Source: Entomortierella parvispora E1425 (taxonomy: Eukaryota > Fungi > Mortierellomycota). Taken from it: 64,000 nt of DNA. Location of the stretch: NCBI GenBank assembly GCA_020891255.1, contig BQFW01000003.1:558001-622000 (forward strand), read 5' to 3'. Below are positions 47,701-60,537 of this stretch, piece by piece. Numbering within the stretch: the first letter of the stretch is position 1; each line of letters starts with the position of its first letter. The notes under the pieces are model-generated. The model was not told the origin of the DNA. It saw nothing but the letters and a program-made list of their open reading frames with translations, and ran no database searches. Both the position numbers and the translations under genes were made by a program.

Positions 47701-50700
47701 CAACTGGTCGGTTCTTGATCACATGAATGACCGGCTCACCCCGACCAACGGCCCCTTTCAGCATGGGGACAAGACTTGGAGACACGACCTGGTGATCAAA
47801 CATATCGTAAACGGCAAGTCCCTGCAAGCGGCTGTTACTCCCTTTGAACCGCCCACCGAGCAAGAGTAACTCACCACCGTCGGCTCTCGTCGCAATACGT
47901 CCGTTCGAGTCGTCCTTGTTAATTCCTAAAGCCAGGATCTCGCCAGAGATGGTTGCAGAAGGATCCTCTGGACCGACAAGAGTGATCTCTTTAAATATCG
48001 GTGATGGAGGCTGTGAACGATCCACTGTAATAGGCGTCGCATAGGACCCTGCTCCAACGGATCCATTCTTGTAAGACCCAGCAACGATCGTCACCCATTC
48101 TTGATGCAGCATGTCGTAGTACACAATCCCAGCGTTGGACTTTTCCAGAGTTTGGGACGGTGTGGGTCCAAGCATTGCTGCCTTTGGTCCGGAAACCGGG
48201 AGAGAGGCGTGGCCTTTCGGAGTAATGGCGATGGAAGGAGACAGATTCGTAGTCTTGAGTCTTCCAGAGGATGTCAGCCATGCCACTCCGGTGGGCGGTA
48301 GAACTTGATATGTATCCAGAGAATCAATCTGCCCTGCAACCAGTACTACTGGACTGGCATTCGATAATGTTCCATTACTGTTGGATCCCATGACTCGATT
48401 GAAATACGAGATATTTCCACGCACGTAACCGAACGGAAAGCCGCCTGCCATTCCACCAGAGGGCGGAGAGGAAGTTGAAGATGGAGTAGCATTCCGGATC
48501 CAGTTTTGAGTTGTCAGGTCCCAAACCGCAATGGACTCCGCGTGGTTGTCCAAAACGAACGAGAAATTTCCCGTGAGAATCAATTGAGGCTGCCCCTCGG
48601 GTCCAGTCGAGCGCTGAATGGCATAGAACTGAGAATATGGCTGGAAAGTCGAACTAGCGTTCCCAAAGGCACTCCAAGTCTGAGTGCTGATCGAGTAGGA
48701 TGCCAGACCTTCAAGAGAGGATAGGGATGGTGATGCATTGGCACCCAAGACTTGTTTAAATGCTCCTGTGATGTATAGGGTTGACTCGTCCAGGACCATC
48801 GAAGTAACTGCGCCATCGAGACCAGAGTCGCTGGCATGAGGCCCAAGAGGCACAAATTTGCTTCCATCCCATGCTACCACATTCGAATAACTAGCTCCTT
48901 GGAACTCACCACCAATGTAAAGCATCTGCGAGAAAGACGATGAAGACCCAGTTGGTCCAGAATATGTAATCAAGCTGTTGACCAATGCCCCAGATGGAAG
49001 TTGAGTCGGTAGGTTGCCCCACGTTGATCCATCAAGTCCTTGAGCTTTGCTAATAGTCACACCTCCAGTGGAAGAGGAGACGCTGCCACTCGTATTGTCA
49101 TTGTCTACCCCAGGTCGATAGAAAATCAAACTGTTGGTGTTGTTCAAAGTTGCCTGCTTCACAAACTGAACCGAGTCCACAATCACGCTTTGTAGAGAGC
49201 CTCCGCCATTGGTGCCAGTCTTTGTAATAGATGGTCCAACGACCACATGGGGCCTAAAATCCGCGGACGAGTGCACAATCATTCCAGAGTAAATCTTGTC
49301 GTACTTGTCCACGGTGTTTTCCTGGCTGATCGTGGTCGTAATCACGTTCTCAGGCGATCCAAAGTACATGCTCACGTCTACGAATCCCCTATCGGCGCAG
49401 GAATTCGACACAGTGGTGTTTCCAGTATTCTTGCTGTAGCTGCTGCAAGCTGGGGTGTAAAGATAGACGTCGTAGTATCCTGACTCTTGTAGGTAAGGGA
49501 CCAAGTCGACATAGGCTTGCTTACGGGTAGTCTGGTCAGTGGCTAAGATGGAGGCTGCCAAAACTGTCTGCCAGCCATCCGTCATATTCATCGTGATCCA
49601 GTCTGCGCCTAGGAAGCTCGAATACGTTGTCATGTCCTTGTTATCCTTTTTGTTTGATCCAGAAGCCATAGCCATAGCCACCGTTGCTGCTGTTGCGGTC
49701 GATGCACATCCAGACGCAGTGTTCAAAGAATTTACGGCCCGAACAAAGATTTCTGACTGGAAAACCTCGATCCCCCCGAGACCACCTCCGCGGCCATACC
49801 AGGAGATGATGTTGATTTGAGCAGCATGTAGTAGAACTGGGGTTACAACCAGAAAATCCTGGTAACCTGTTCCTTCGCCGCCACTACTAATGCCCGAGGT
49901 TGCCTGAGTTAGTGGAAGAAGGGGACAGACGGTACAATAATGGACGATATGGGTGGCAGGATCAACATAGCTGAGGTTCAACAGTTGGTTGGTCGGCTGT
50001 GCCATGATGGAAAAGGTCTTTGTGCCCCTGTTCTCAGACTCGGGTGTAAGTTCGTCGTCCACATTCCAGAGCCTAAAGAGCGTTGGTGTGATGTACAGCG
50101 GGAATTGGACACGCCAGAACCCGGGAACGTTTTCGCGCATCAGCCAATTTCCTCTGGACGCGGTTGATGACTGACAGATGATGTCTCTGTCCTGCTTTGT
50201 GTTTACCCCATTTTCTGTGGAAACCTAGGTAGTAAGAGCGAGGTAGAAAGGTGAATACAGCGGTAACAAAGCATACTTCCATAGGTTCAGTGCGAAGATG
50301 AGTCATGGCATTTACAATAATGGAGTCAAGATTGACTGGCTGGGTATCCGGCGCGCTATAGGACTCCCCATCGGTCGTAGTATCAAACAGTCCACCAAAG
50401 TAGAGGGTTCCATCTTGAGCTCTCGCCACCGAGGTCACGATCCCATTAACGCCTTTAAATGGTACCGCAGCCCACGACCCGGTCGCTTTAGTCAGAGTAG
50501 AGCTTGCTCCCAAAGCCTCCGGTGCACCCTTCTGCCAGATGGCAATCCCTCCACCAAAGGCCCCTATTGTCTGATACTGACTTGAGTTACTGTTACTGCC
50601 GTGATCATTCCCACTGTTCCCACTGTTGCTGGCACTGCTTAGCACTTCATTCTCCTGTAGAGGTGCTCTGAATTGACCAACCACATAAACTTGGTTGGAA

Positions 50701-51590
50701 GTCGAGTCGCACAACAGATTCTGCACCGGTCCATCTAATCCGTTGTCTAGAGACAGAAAGCGTTTCAATATGGTGTCGTACATCCCAATGTAGTTGAGTC
50801 CTATCGTAGCGCTGTTTACAGAGGTCAGATAGTCGGTACTGTTGTTATTATTAGTGTTGTTGGATGATGCGCTAGTTGCTGAGAGAATTTGCTTAAAGTA
50901 TCCGCCGATATAGATCTGATGAGGTGCCTTTTGCAAGACGCAAGTGGCCTTGATCCAGTTCTCAGTTGATCCAGCATTATCGTCGACCAAGAAACTCGCC
51001 AGGAGCACCGGTACAGAAAGAATGTCTTCCTCTTGTGATGATGGTGTAGTTGAACTAAGGGTTTTTGGTACCCTGGACAACTCAAGAATTGAAAAAGTTT
51101 TGCCTTCAAACGAGTTTTGTTGCCCCTGAGTAATAATGGGTGTCAGCCCATCAAAGTCTCCAAGGATGGCCATAGGCCCAAGCGTTCTAAAATCGACTGG
51201 TGGTGCTACCATGGGCTTTGATGGTGACGATGGCGAGAGCATCTCTCCAGAGCCGGAAGAAAGGGCCGCCAAGGAGACAGGTCCTCTCGGAGATGCAGTG
51301 TCCGCAGCAGCGTTGGCAGAAAAAACAAGTGCCTCCGTGGCAACAGAGGCAAGAATGAAGACTGATAGCGAGATAAGACCCATAGAAAAAGAGAACGAGG
51401 ATGGGAGATGAAACGATTTCTTGATCCTGCGGCGTTGAGGGCATGATGGTTTGGGACTAATGGATAGTGACTCGGGAATTGATGGGCATGACGGCGAGGA
51501 TTGTAATCGTGATGATGACAGAGGTGTGGGCACTGCTGCTACTGCTGGGAATGAGGTCGCCGAGACAGGCGAGGGCATCGAGGACGACAT
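44790..51590 (-). CDS. RAX2: Rax2-like cortical polarity protein: N-terminal hydrophobic segment, beta-propeller/beta-sandwich ectodomain, TM helix, long tail ending in an SH3 domain
   Basis: Repeated IYIGGYF, LDNGLDGPV, VYVVGQF, VPFKGVNGIV, LYFGGLF, LYIGGEF, GLDGAVTSM and LIVDGVACG motifs. Rax2-type SWYGRGGGLGGIEVFQSEIFVRA and YYDVYLYTPAC. TM VVLISVAISLGLILSIVLFGFLYVWL. SH3 YAKYPFRAREIGELGF..WWMG..GVFPSNYV. The exact start is uncertain. Confidence 0.8.
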
Positions 51591-52242
51591 CTGGGATACA
51601 AACGCGTCAAAGGGAACAGGAAAGAAAAGGAGGTGGGGTCCTAGGAGCACGTGATCCCTGGTCTGTGCTCTGTCTAGGGTAAGGGTGGAAGATGAGGCGT
51701 GGGACAGTAGCTTTTGAGAAGGAGAAGCAAGTGGGAAGAGTTGGCGTGGTGTTGTTGTGTATGCTACGAGTCGCTGGTAGAATGGAAAAGAGAATGCGAA
51801 TGAATGGAGCCAGAGTTCATGAAAGAGGTGCTGCCATGGGACGTTGGCTACGGTTGAACTGGCCTGGACTGAACTGGGGAAAGCCGAGGAGGTAGGTAAG
51901 AAAAAAGCAGGGAAAGAATGGGAACAGAGAAGGAGAGGGAGATAGATGGACAAAGAGAGGAAGAGTGTCAGCCAGCAGAGAAGAACGGTCCAGCGAGAGG
52001 AAGGTGGTGGAGTTGGTCAGTCAGGGGGAGACGACTGCGACGGATAACGCCTTCTCAAATCGCAGCCGCCTGGTTGTGAGGACAGCAGAGACAGAAAGGT
52101 GGGCAGGATTGCAGCCATCTAGAAGAAGAACAGGGCGGCCAACAGGAAGCAGCAGGCAAAGCAACACAAAAGGCGCTCTCGGTCCCACTCACTCCTGGAC
52201 GCGACTCCGCGTTGTTTCTGCTTTTTCTTGCCTTGTCCCCTT

Positions 52243-52275
<33 letters not shown>

Positions 52276-52624
52276 GGTTGGACAGAACCAGTCCAGGCAT
52301 CACATGACCGTGGGCCTCGTGACCGTCTTGCGGGTCAATCCACGATTCCCAAGTTCACCTTCTCAGAGTTCACCTTCGCAGAGTTCCTCTTCGTCCTCCT
52401 CCTCCTCTCTTTCATTGCCGCACATCTACGCCGTCTCAAACTACATCTCACATTCATACCACTGCCCGAGCACATTAACACCCACATACTTTTTCATACT
52501 GCCATCCTTAACAAGAACAACAACAACGGCCGCAACAGCAACAGCAACAGCCCCAACAAAAAAAACCACAACCCATAATCGACCTCGTTGCTGGCCCATT
52601 GTTCCCAGTCCAACCTTTGTCACC

Positions 52625-54620
52625 ATGGGTCTAGAGTCTCTTGAACTCGAGGATGGGCAAAAGACTCCCCCACAGAAGCACCGCTCCACTCCCAGAGTCC
52701 TGCTCCGTATGTGCCATTAAACTGTCAATGCAGTCCTGCGCATGCCCCTGCACGGCAGTTAATTCTAACCTTGCATTCCTTCATGCTATAGTAACACCTG
52801 GACCAGAACGCAGACACTCCAGGTCCGCAACCACGCCGGGTTCCAAAATTGCAGGAACACCTGGAAAGACGGCAGGAACTCCAGGAGCCGAGCGAAGGAG
52901 CGATCGCCTCCGGCAAAGACTTGTGGACATTGTCAAGGGCAGTGTGGGCGGCATCGGTATGTTTTTTCCCGCCCCCAGGAATATCATGCGCTTTGCATGC
53001 TCCCAGTGAAACAAAAATGACCCGTACCGCGGCACAAGAGTCTTTCGACTAACTGCATATTCGCTGATTTACTTCACCACCTTTTACACGTCAACAGGAG
53101 AGACAAAGACCACGCCCAAAGGATCCAATATTCACTCCGAAATGATGTTCCAGCCGCAGTTCGGTCGCACAGAATTGGAGAACTTCAAGCGACGATTACA
53201 ATTCAAGAATGGCACCCGGGCGTCTTTGGTTATGGCAGAGGCGTACAAAGACCTGGAACGGAAGGAAAAGATGAAAGACTTCATGGTGGACCAGCGGGGC
53301 AAACGAGATTTAGCTCAATTCAAGAGTCGTGGATGTAGGTGATATGGGAATGACAGTTGTCTTTGGATTGCATTATCGGATTGTAGTATCGGGCACTTAC
53401 TAACAACCTTGTCAAACAACAGTGTCCTTGCCTGCAATTTCGAGAACTCGCCAAACCAGTCTGTTAATTCCCACAGGACCAGGAGAGGCGCCAAAGGTTC
53501 AATTTATTCCTCGAGTCAACCTCCGTTCACAATCACGACCTGTGACCATTGTGCAGCACGAAGACGAGATTTCAAATCTGGAGATATCAAAATCAAATGC
53601 AGCCAGTGACAAACGCAAGCAACAGTACAAACAGACAAAGACCAAGCAAACGAAGCACTCTTTGGAGTTTGCCAGCTGGAAGGACAGGGATGACAAATGG
53701 CGCACGAAGCGCATGGAGAGTTACATATCTGCTTCCAAGACAGCAAGAGAGGCCACGTTGTTCAAGAAGCGAAATCGTAAGAGCATAGGACACTTTGCAT
53801 GTATTCCTTCGGCTCTTGTAGGACATGTCTGACTGGACGTTTGCATATCTCACACTCTCTTAACGTCTCAACTATAGTGACTATTTGCGGATGGGGCAAT
53901 GCTCAAAAGAATCTGGGCAACTACCTCAGTATCACATGGGACTATATGCCTTGCCTAGATGCAGACCCGGATCACTCTTTGCCTGGCCGAAACCCGGTAG
54001 CCTTGCACTGCGTGAGTGTGGATGGTGTGATGACAGAGAAGGGAGTCATCTTCCACCCAGAGACAACAGATTGCGAAGACGAAAGACTTCAAGGATACGT
54101 GTTCACCATTCAATCCGAGCTTGCCATTCGCTATGAGGCTGCACAGAGAGAGCTTTTTGACCAGGCGAGCCGACTTGTCCGAGAGTCATTTTTGCCCTAC
54201 CAAATGGATCTTTCGTTGGACTCGAGTTTGGACGACAACTTTACGATCGAGATTTATGTATCCTCAAAACCCTCGGACGATGAAAGCCAGCTCACGGTCC
54301 GTGGTGTGACACAGTTCATCTTTATGAAGGACTTCATCTACGTGGACAAGATCTGTGTTTCAAAGGAGCACCAAAAGATTGGCATCGGTGCCTTTATGAT
54401 GGAGCGGATCAAGAAGCTCGCCTCAGAGCGAAAGAAGGATGTTCTACTGTATGCCCTTGGCCCGGTCATTGATGTTTATACCAAATGGGGGTTCACATAT
54501 TGCAAGGAGTGGCCCCCCATTCCAAACGACGTTGGTGCCATCATGCGTGCTCGCGTGCATACTTACGGAGTCGCTGACGATTACGAAGGTCCAAAGTGGA
54601 ATGGAACCGAGTTCGTTTAA
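52625..54620 (+). CDS. Protein with basic/disordered TP-rich N-terminus and C-terminal GNAT N-acetyltransferase domain, 5 exons
   Basis: Four phase-consistent GT-AG introns join MGLESLELEDG... to the last exon. GNAT motif A IYVDKICVSKEHQKIGIGAFMMERI and motif B LYALGPVIDVYTKWGF. Confidence 0.75.
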
Positions 54621-55091
54621 TCTTGTGTCATGTCTTGAAGAGAATGCTTTCAGATTCTATCTCTCTATCTCATTTGAACGTTCTCGCCACATACCCGACC
54701 TATCATGCTCAAACGCCTTCAGTGGCCTGTACTTTTAATGATCCAGCATTTTCACTGTAAATAAAAGAAAAAAAGAAAAAAAAAGAGGGTTGTGGGATGC
54801 CAAGCTTGTCAATAGTGTACCGCAGCACCTTTGCATTCGCGCCAAGAACATGGTCGCGTCTCAACCCATATATATAAGCTCGCTTTTATTTTTCCCTCTC
54901 TCAATGGTCCTCTTCCTTGCCTACATCTTCCTGCTCGTCATCACCATCGCCATTTTTACAAGCAAGTCATCCGTGTTCTCTGTGTTCTCCTTTCCATCGC
55001 CACTTGAAAGGTACGCTCTTGGCCGTGATAGCCTCCTCTCGCCTTCTCTCATCTATTTTTCCTCCATATTTCCGTCTGGATAGCCCCAAAA

Positions 55092-55527
55092 ATGGAAGAC
55101 GCCATGCTCCAAGTTCGTCGGTTACAGCAGGTTCAACAATTGCAGCAGGTTCAGCAATTGCAGCAGATTCAGCAATTGCAGCAGGTTCAGCGATTGCAGC
55201 AGGTTCAGCGATTGCAGCAGGCTCAACAAGTTCAACAAAGACAACAGCAGCAGGTCCAGCAACAGGAACAGCAATTGCAGCAGTAGCAGCAGCACCAGCA
55301 GTTTCAGCATTCCCAACAGCGGCAGCTGCAACAAAGATCAGCAACAGCGGCTGGAGCAGCAATTGCAGCAGAGAGAGCAGCAGCAGCAACAGAGACAGCA
55401 AGCGCAGCAAGAGCAGCAGGCACAGCAAGTAGAGCAGATGCGTCAAATGGAACAGATGCAACAGATGGAGCAAATGCATCAAATCCACCAATTGTCATGC
55501 ACTACCACCTCTGACAGAAAGCATTAA
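55092..55527 (+). pseudogene. Disrupted polyglutamine ORF (in-frame TAG plus +1 frameshift)
   Basis: Gln-codon pattern runs 55092-55283, reaches TAG at 55284-55286, continues in frame to about 55337, then resumes in +1 frame to TAA at 55525-55527. TATATAA at 54871. Confidence 0.5.
55122..55226 (+). repeat. 18-bp tandem repeat TTGCAGCAGGTTCAGC(A/G)A, about 5.5 copies
   Basis: Directly visible. Encodes LQQVQQ/LQQVQR. Confidence 0.85.
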
Positions 55528-56063
55528 GAAACCAACATGGCCCACCTCTTTTTCTTTTCTCGTTCTTGCCTTTTTTCACGGCAAAGTAGTATCCCAATAA
55601 AGAAAACAACAGACTGCTATGGACAGTAAGCAATACTACATGGTGAATGATTCAACTTTGTCCACTCTTGGCAACCACACGCCGCTCAGATCGTATACTT
55701 CTTGCACACAACTCTTGGTGGCAAAGAGTCCTACGTGTGCCCCTCAATCCCAGAGACTTCGCCCAGATGTCCAATAGGTGTCACGTGGAAAATGCTGAGC
55801 CACTTGGCCAAAAAGCAGTCCAAGATCGCACCATCGCGCAGGGGATGACGAGAAGAGCAAAGGCGCCGATCATGCCCTTCTTGTCTCTCTTTTCCTTCCC
55901 TCTTTTCTTCTTCCCTCCAACATTTCTCTACCCCTGCCGCTCATCCTCCTCAAACCTCTCGATAGACGAGTGAAGAAACACCATACAAAGGATTTTCAGG
56001 AACAGGAGCAGATATCGCAATCATCTCAGATAAAAAGTCATCAAAACAGGAACTCTTATAACC

Positions 56064-56710
56064 ATGACCATCGAGACCAGACACCCCCGAATTGAGATCG
56101 AGTTTTGCACAGGATGCAAATGGTACACGTATTGGAACGAGCCTTTATGAGTCATTTTCAAGAACGAGTGACAGGTGACAGTTACTCACCAACTAGTTTT
56201 TTTTTTAAAAAAAAAAAAAACCGACAGGCACTTGCGCGCAGGATGGATGGCCCAAGAACTACTTTTGACATTTGGCAACACCATCGGAGAGCTGGCTTTG
56301 ATTCCAGGAAAGAGCGCTACGTTCATCGTTCGCGTCAATGGAGGTAGTGATGATAATGAGAAGAGGATCGTTATGGGGCCCATGACCTTGGTTTGAAAAC
56401 AAAACAGCACAACTGACTTTTAACGATAAACATAGATGTTGTCTTTGATCGAAAGGATCATGGTCGATTCCCAGAAATGAAAGAAGTCAAGCAGCTGGTG
56501 CGAACAGTCATTGCACCCGAGATGGGCCTGGGTCATAGCGACACTGCTGTCAAATCTGCGTCCACGTCCGGTGCAGGATCAGTCACAGAACCCACTGAGA
56601 CAGCGCCCAAACCAGCACAAGTACCTGATGTGGCTGTGAATACAGAGAACGTAGACGACGACGATGATGACTCAACAAAGCATGATACAGAGTGCAAGAC
56701 TTGCCTCTAG
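56064..56710 (+). CDS. Rdx family (SelT/SelW/SelH-related) thioredoxin-like protein, Cys form, 3 exons
   Basis: PRIEIEFCTGCKW|HLRAGWMAQELLLTFG..ELALIPG..FIVRVNG|DVVFDRKDHGRFPEMKEVKQLVRTVIAPEMGLGHSD. Confidence 0.88.
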
Positions 56711-59700
56711 GAACTATATAATCAAGTGCGCGCTGAACAGGCGGCAGAAACCTAGACCAACATTTCCTGTACGAAACAACAGACTCCAGAATCTCGACGT
56801 TTGCGGGGAAGATAGCAGGGAAACGCGTCTCCTTTTGCTATCTCCTGTATCCATCCCCCTTCTGTAAAAACTACTCCTTTGACTCCTACGGCATATCCTA
56901 TTATTCAGCTTGACCAAAGGTTCTAAGCCTCTGGTGGTGGCGTCTGTATCTTTTTTTTTCTTCACTGGCTGGAGTTGGGTCCCCTTCCCAGTTCTCCAAC
57001 CACTTCCCTCCATCCCTTGGTCACATACCTGTTTTTTTTTCAACGAGACTATATTTTTGTGCAGACGACATTTAACTCCTGGTACCTGGCTCCCACGGGG
57101 CTCCTCGTTCGCGTTTAGTACAATGGTTCCTGGAAACATGAGAGCTCTTCAACTACAATAAACAGACTGTACCTTTTTTTGTTGCATAACGGAGGATCGA
57201 ATAGCAAGAGAGGTGGGATGGACGGCTTTTCATGCATTCCGACAATAGTGGCCCCAACCTTACCCCAGCTTTCGCCCTCAAGTGTATCAGATTCTCTTAT
57301 GAGGTTTTAAGTCCCCCAATTGCTTCCACGGGCACGCGCTTTTGATTCCAACCAGTTAATTAATATGTACAAGGCAGTAAACAATATCTTCCTAGCTGGT
57401 GGTGTGGTAGGTGCTGTGTGGCTGCAGCCGAGGCAGCTGGACATGGATCGCCACAGAGAGAAGTCCACATTTTTTTGATAATCTACGAACACCAATCCCT
57501 ATAAAAACGTTCAACGGCTTCATCTGCACGTTTACGGCCCTTGACCACGAATCCGGAGACATGATCAGAGCACCTACCCTCAGTTTCTATCTCCCTATGA
57601 GGTCAAGAAGTGTTTTTTTTCTCGCGCGGTGGGGTTTGGAAGGACTTTAGGAAAAACATACGGCTCTTAGAGTTAATTGAGAGGAGACGCTGTTGTTTAT
57701 TGTTGTTGTTGTTTTCCCATTCCGTTGCAGGTCCGGTGTTGTTCCTTTCTCCTTCAATGGGCCTTTTCATCCCTCAGTAAGGCCTTCATTGCCTCCTGGT
57801 CTGAACTCTAGCGACGTTCTAGCAAAAAAAAAAAAAAAAAAAGCCAAGGGCGGACGGGATAGAAAAACCTGCCTTTCCTCAATTGACCTAATTGGGAGTA
57901 TCAATGGTCATGAACAGACAAGGAGGCGGGCGGACAATAGGCTATTCCAGGAACCATCCTAGGATAGAGGAGAAAGAACGCACGCCTCCGTTCTCGTTAT
58001 CATTCAGACAAAGGAAAAAAAGAAATTGTCATTGTGCGTCTCTCTTGTCTTTCCTAAGGTTGGTTCAGGAGGCGGTGTTAGCAGTGGTCGTCAGGAAGGT
58101 GCACTATGAAAGGGGGGTTGAGCCGTGGGGCTTTTCACTTTTCCTCATTCTTTTACGATCTAGAGCTGAGTGAGCAGTTTGAGAATCGGGGAATGACAGA
58201 AGAAAAACGACCTGCAAACAGGAGTGGAGTAAGTGGAGAAGGGACCATGGAGTCCGTCCGGAAAATGTACCGCCCCAGTCAAATAGCGTGACAAGAGTAA
58301 CGGAGGCCCCAAGGCTCTATCGAGAGCTCCATAGAGAACTGGCGAGACCTTCGATCTGATCGAGAGGGGAATCGAGGCATGGAAGTTGTACGACCAGCCC
58401 ACAATGATCTCAAATCCCCCCCAATGGTGCACATGCCGTCAGTTGGGGGGGGGGGTTGTGGGGGTTGCATTTGCTCAGGGATAGAACATCAGTCCAAGAG
58501 AAAGAGGGTCGCTCCCTATTTTTTACTGCCCACGATCGCGCCTTGACCACAAGCCATCGGGTCGAAGCTGTTTTGGCGCCACTGACAAATCGAGGTCCAA
58601 CCGATACTTGGACAAGCGAGCCTGATCCAATGGTCCCAAGGCTTGTTGACGTCCCAGCTGTCTTGCTCTGGACACAAAACACGCTATCAGCAAAACACCC
58701 CTGCGCGGCTGGGCTACCAAAAACCAAGCCTCCATTGTGACTTCAGACGCTTTGAAATGGGGTCGACCACTGGTCGAAAGACTGTCCAGATCCCTCAGAG
58801 AAGAGGGACGAGCGCTACCCCCTCCGCTATCCACGATTATCCATCTCTTGTGTCGTCCAACCTCGGTCCAGTCCCCTCCCCTGAAAATGGTCAGGACAGT
58901 GGAAGAGTGATCCCGAGGCCACGACCAGCCTCTTCCTTGTTGACCATTCCTTTCTCTCATTGAACCGTATGTTGCCTTTTGTTGATGGCTGAGATGCTAA
59001 CCAGCCATCTCCTTGTCCTGAAAAGAGGCCCTCTGGTGTCCCCTCTTTCTTCTGATAGGCCTGTCCATCGATCTTCTAGAATACATCATCTCTCCATGCA
59101 GGCGTAGGCAGGGCGATGAAATCGCATCCTTCATGAGATACCGGGAGTAGAACCCAACCGTCAACCGGCAGCGCAGACACAGCGGGGGGAAGGCATCCGA
59201 GAATGCACTCGGCCGGCAAGCGCGAAGGGCTGTTTTGAATTCACCCCTTGAGAACGACAGAATTGCGGTGCTTGTTCGACAGGCTTAGCTGTGGGATGGG
59301 GTGGGATAGATGGGAGTGAATGCACCGGCGGCGAGAGATGGGTTTTCCTTTGTCCTCTTCTCCTCTTCTCCTCTTCTCCTCTTCCTCTTCCTCCTCCCTT
59401 TCTCTCCCTCTCCCTTTTTTTTTCTTCGCTCGACGCCTCGCTGCTTGCTTGACATCAGTTCAGGTCCTAACCTTGTCGCCCCCTCCTGCGCCTATATTTA
59501 CGCGTTGTGCCTTTACCCTTTTTTGCTGTACTGCCCCGCTCGTTTGTTATTATCTCCAATTGAATTGAAGGTTGGAGCCATTTTGACCCATGGGCTATCC
59601 CCATACGCAACAACCCCCTGAACCGAAAGAAAGAGAGCTCGTTCCTTCCTCTCTGCACATTTCATTCACCGCATGAATAATGGTCTTCGCCCTGTTTGTA

Positions 59701-60537
59701 TGTTTGTATTGAGTCGCGCTCAACCCCCCTCTCATTGAAATTCGAAAGGTGAAAAGCGACCGCTTCGTTCCTGCTCACAGCATTTGACACAATGGCGGTT
59801 GCCTTCATGGCGATTCGTATAAAGAGCACCCTTCTTGCCTCCTCTTGCTCACTTTTTTTTTGTTCTTCGTTCTCTTCACTCTTCTCTGTTTTCTCTGCGC
59901 GTTGCTTTATCTTCTGCTTGTTCACCTGCACGACTCCCCCGATCTGTTATTTCAACTTTTGAACAACGACCCCAAAAATCTGTAGAAAACAACCCGCTCG
60001 AGCACGCTGTCGCCACAATCCTGAAAACAGCCTCTTATCCTATCCAACCTTTCAACTTCCCGCCGCCCTGAGCCTTATTCGATTCCGCTCCATCTCCAGA
60101 CCCCTTCCTTCCTCGTATCTCCATCACTTTCCCTCTCGCCCTTTAACGCAATTCTCGCCTTCCCCTGTGCAATTTGTTGATCGGCAATCCTCCGCGTCGA
60201 CCACCACCACCATCATCACCCACACCAACACCACCCCCCGACCTGTTTCATCTCAGTCTGTGTCGGGCATTCCATCGGCAGTAAACAAGGCAAAAACAAC
60301 GGCCCATTTTTTTTTTTAATTTCCACGCTTTCTGTTCTCGCGCTGATAAAGTGCCTCTCTCTCCTCTTCTTCGTCTTTATCTTTGTGTTCACTCCATCCT
60401 CCCTCTCTTTTGTCCTCACTTCAGACTTTACAGTGCACATCTTATACCCCCCGTCCCCTACTCTTTCGTAATCGGTTCACATTCTCATCTTCATTCGCAA
60501 CCGACCATCCCTCGATCTATATTCCAATCTATCCACA

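Noticed and set aside
55284-55286. TAG-to-Gln reassignment (alternative genetic code)
   Set aside because: The Rdx gene in this window terminates normally at TAG (56708-56710), and no conserved gene contains an in-frame TAG.
56805-56846. Hairpin in the 3' UTR of the SelW-like gene as a possible SECIS element
   Set aside because: There is no AUGA/GA kink-turn core, the gene has no in-frame TGA, and a bulged stem of about 15 bp is expected by chance.
57440-57615. VQRLHLHV resembling a HIT-family triad
   Set aside because: Only two His, flanked by multiple stops, with no other family features. Likely chance.
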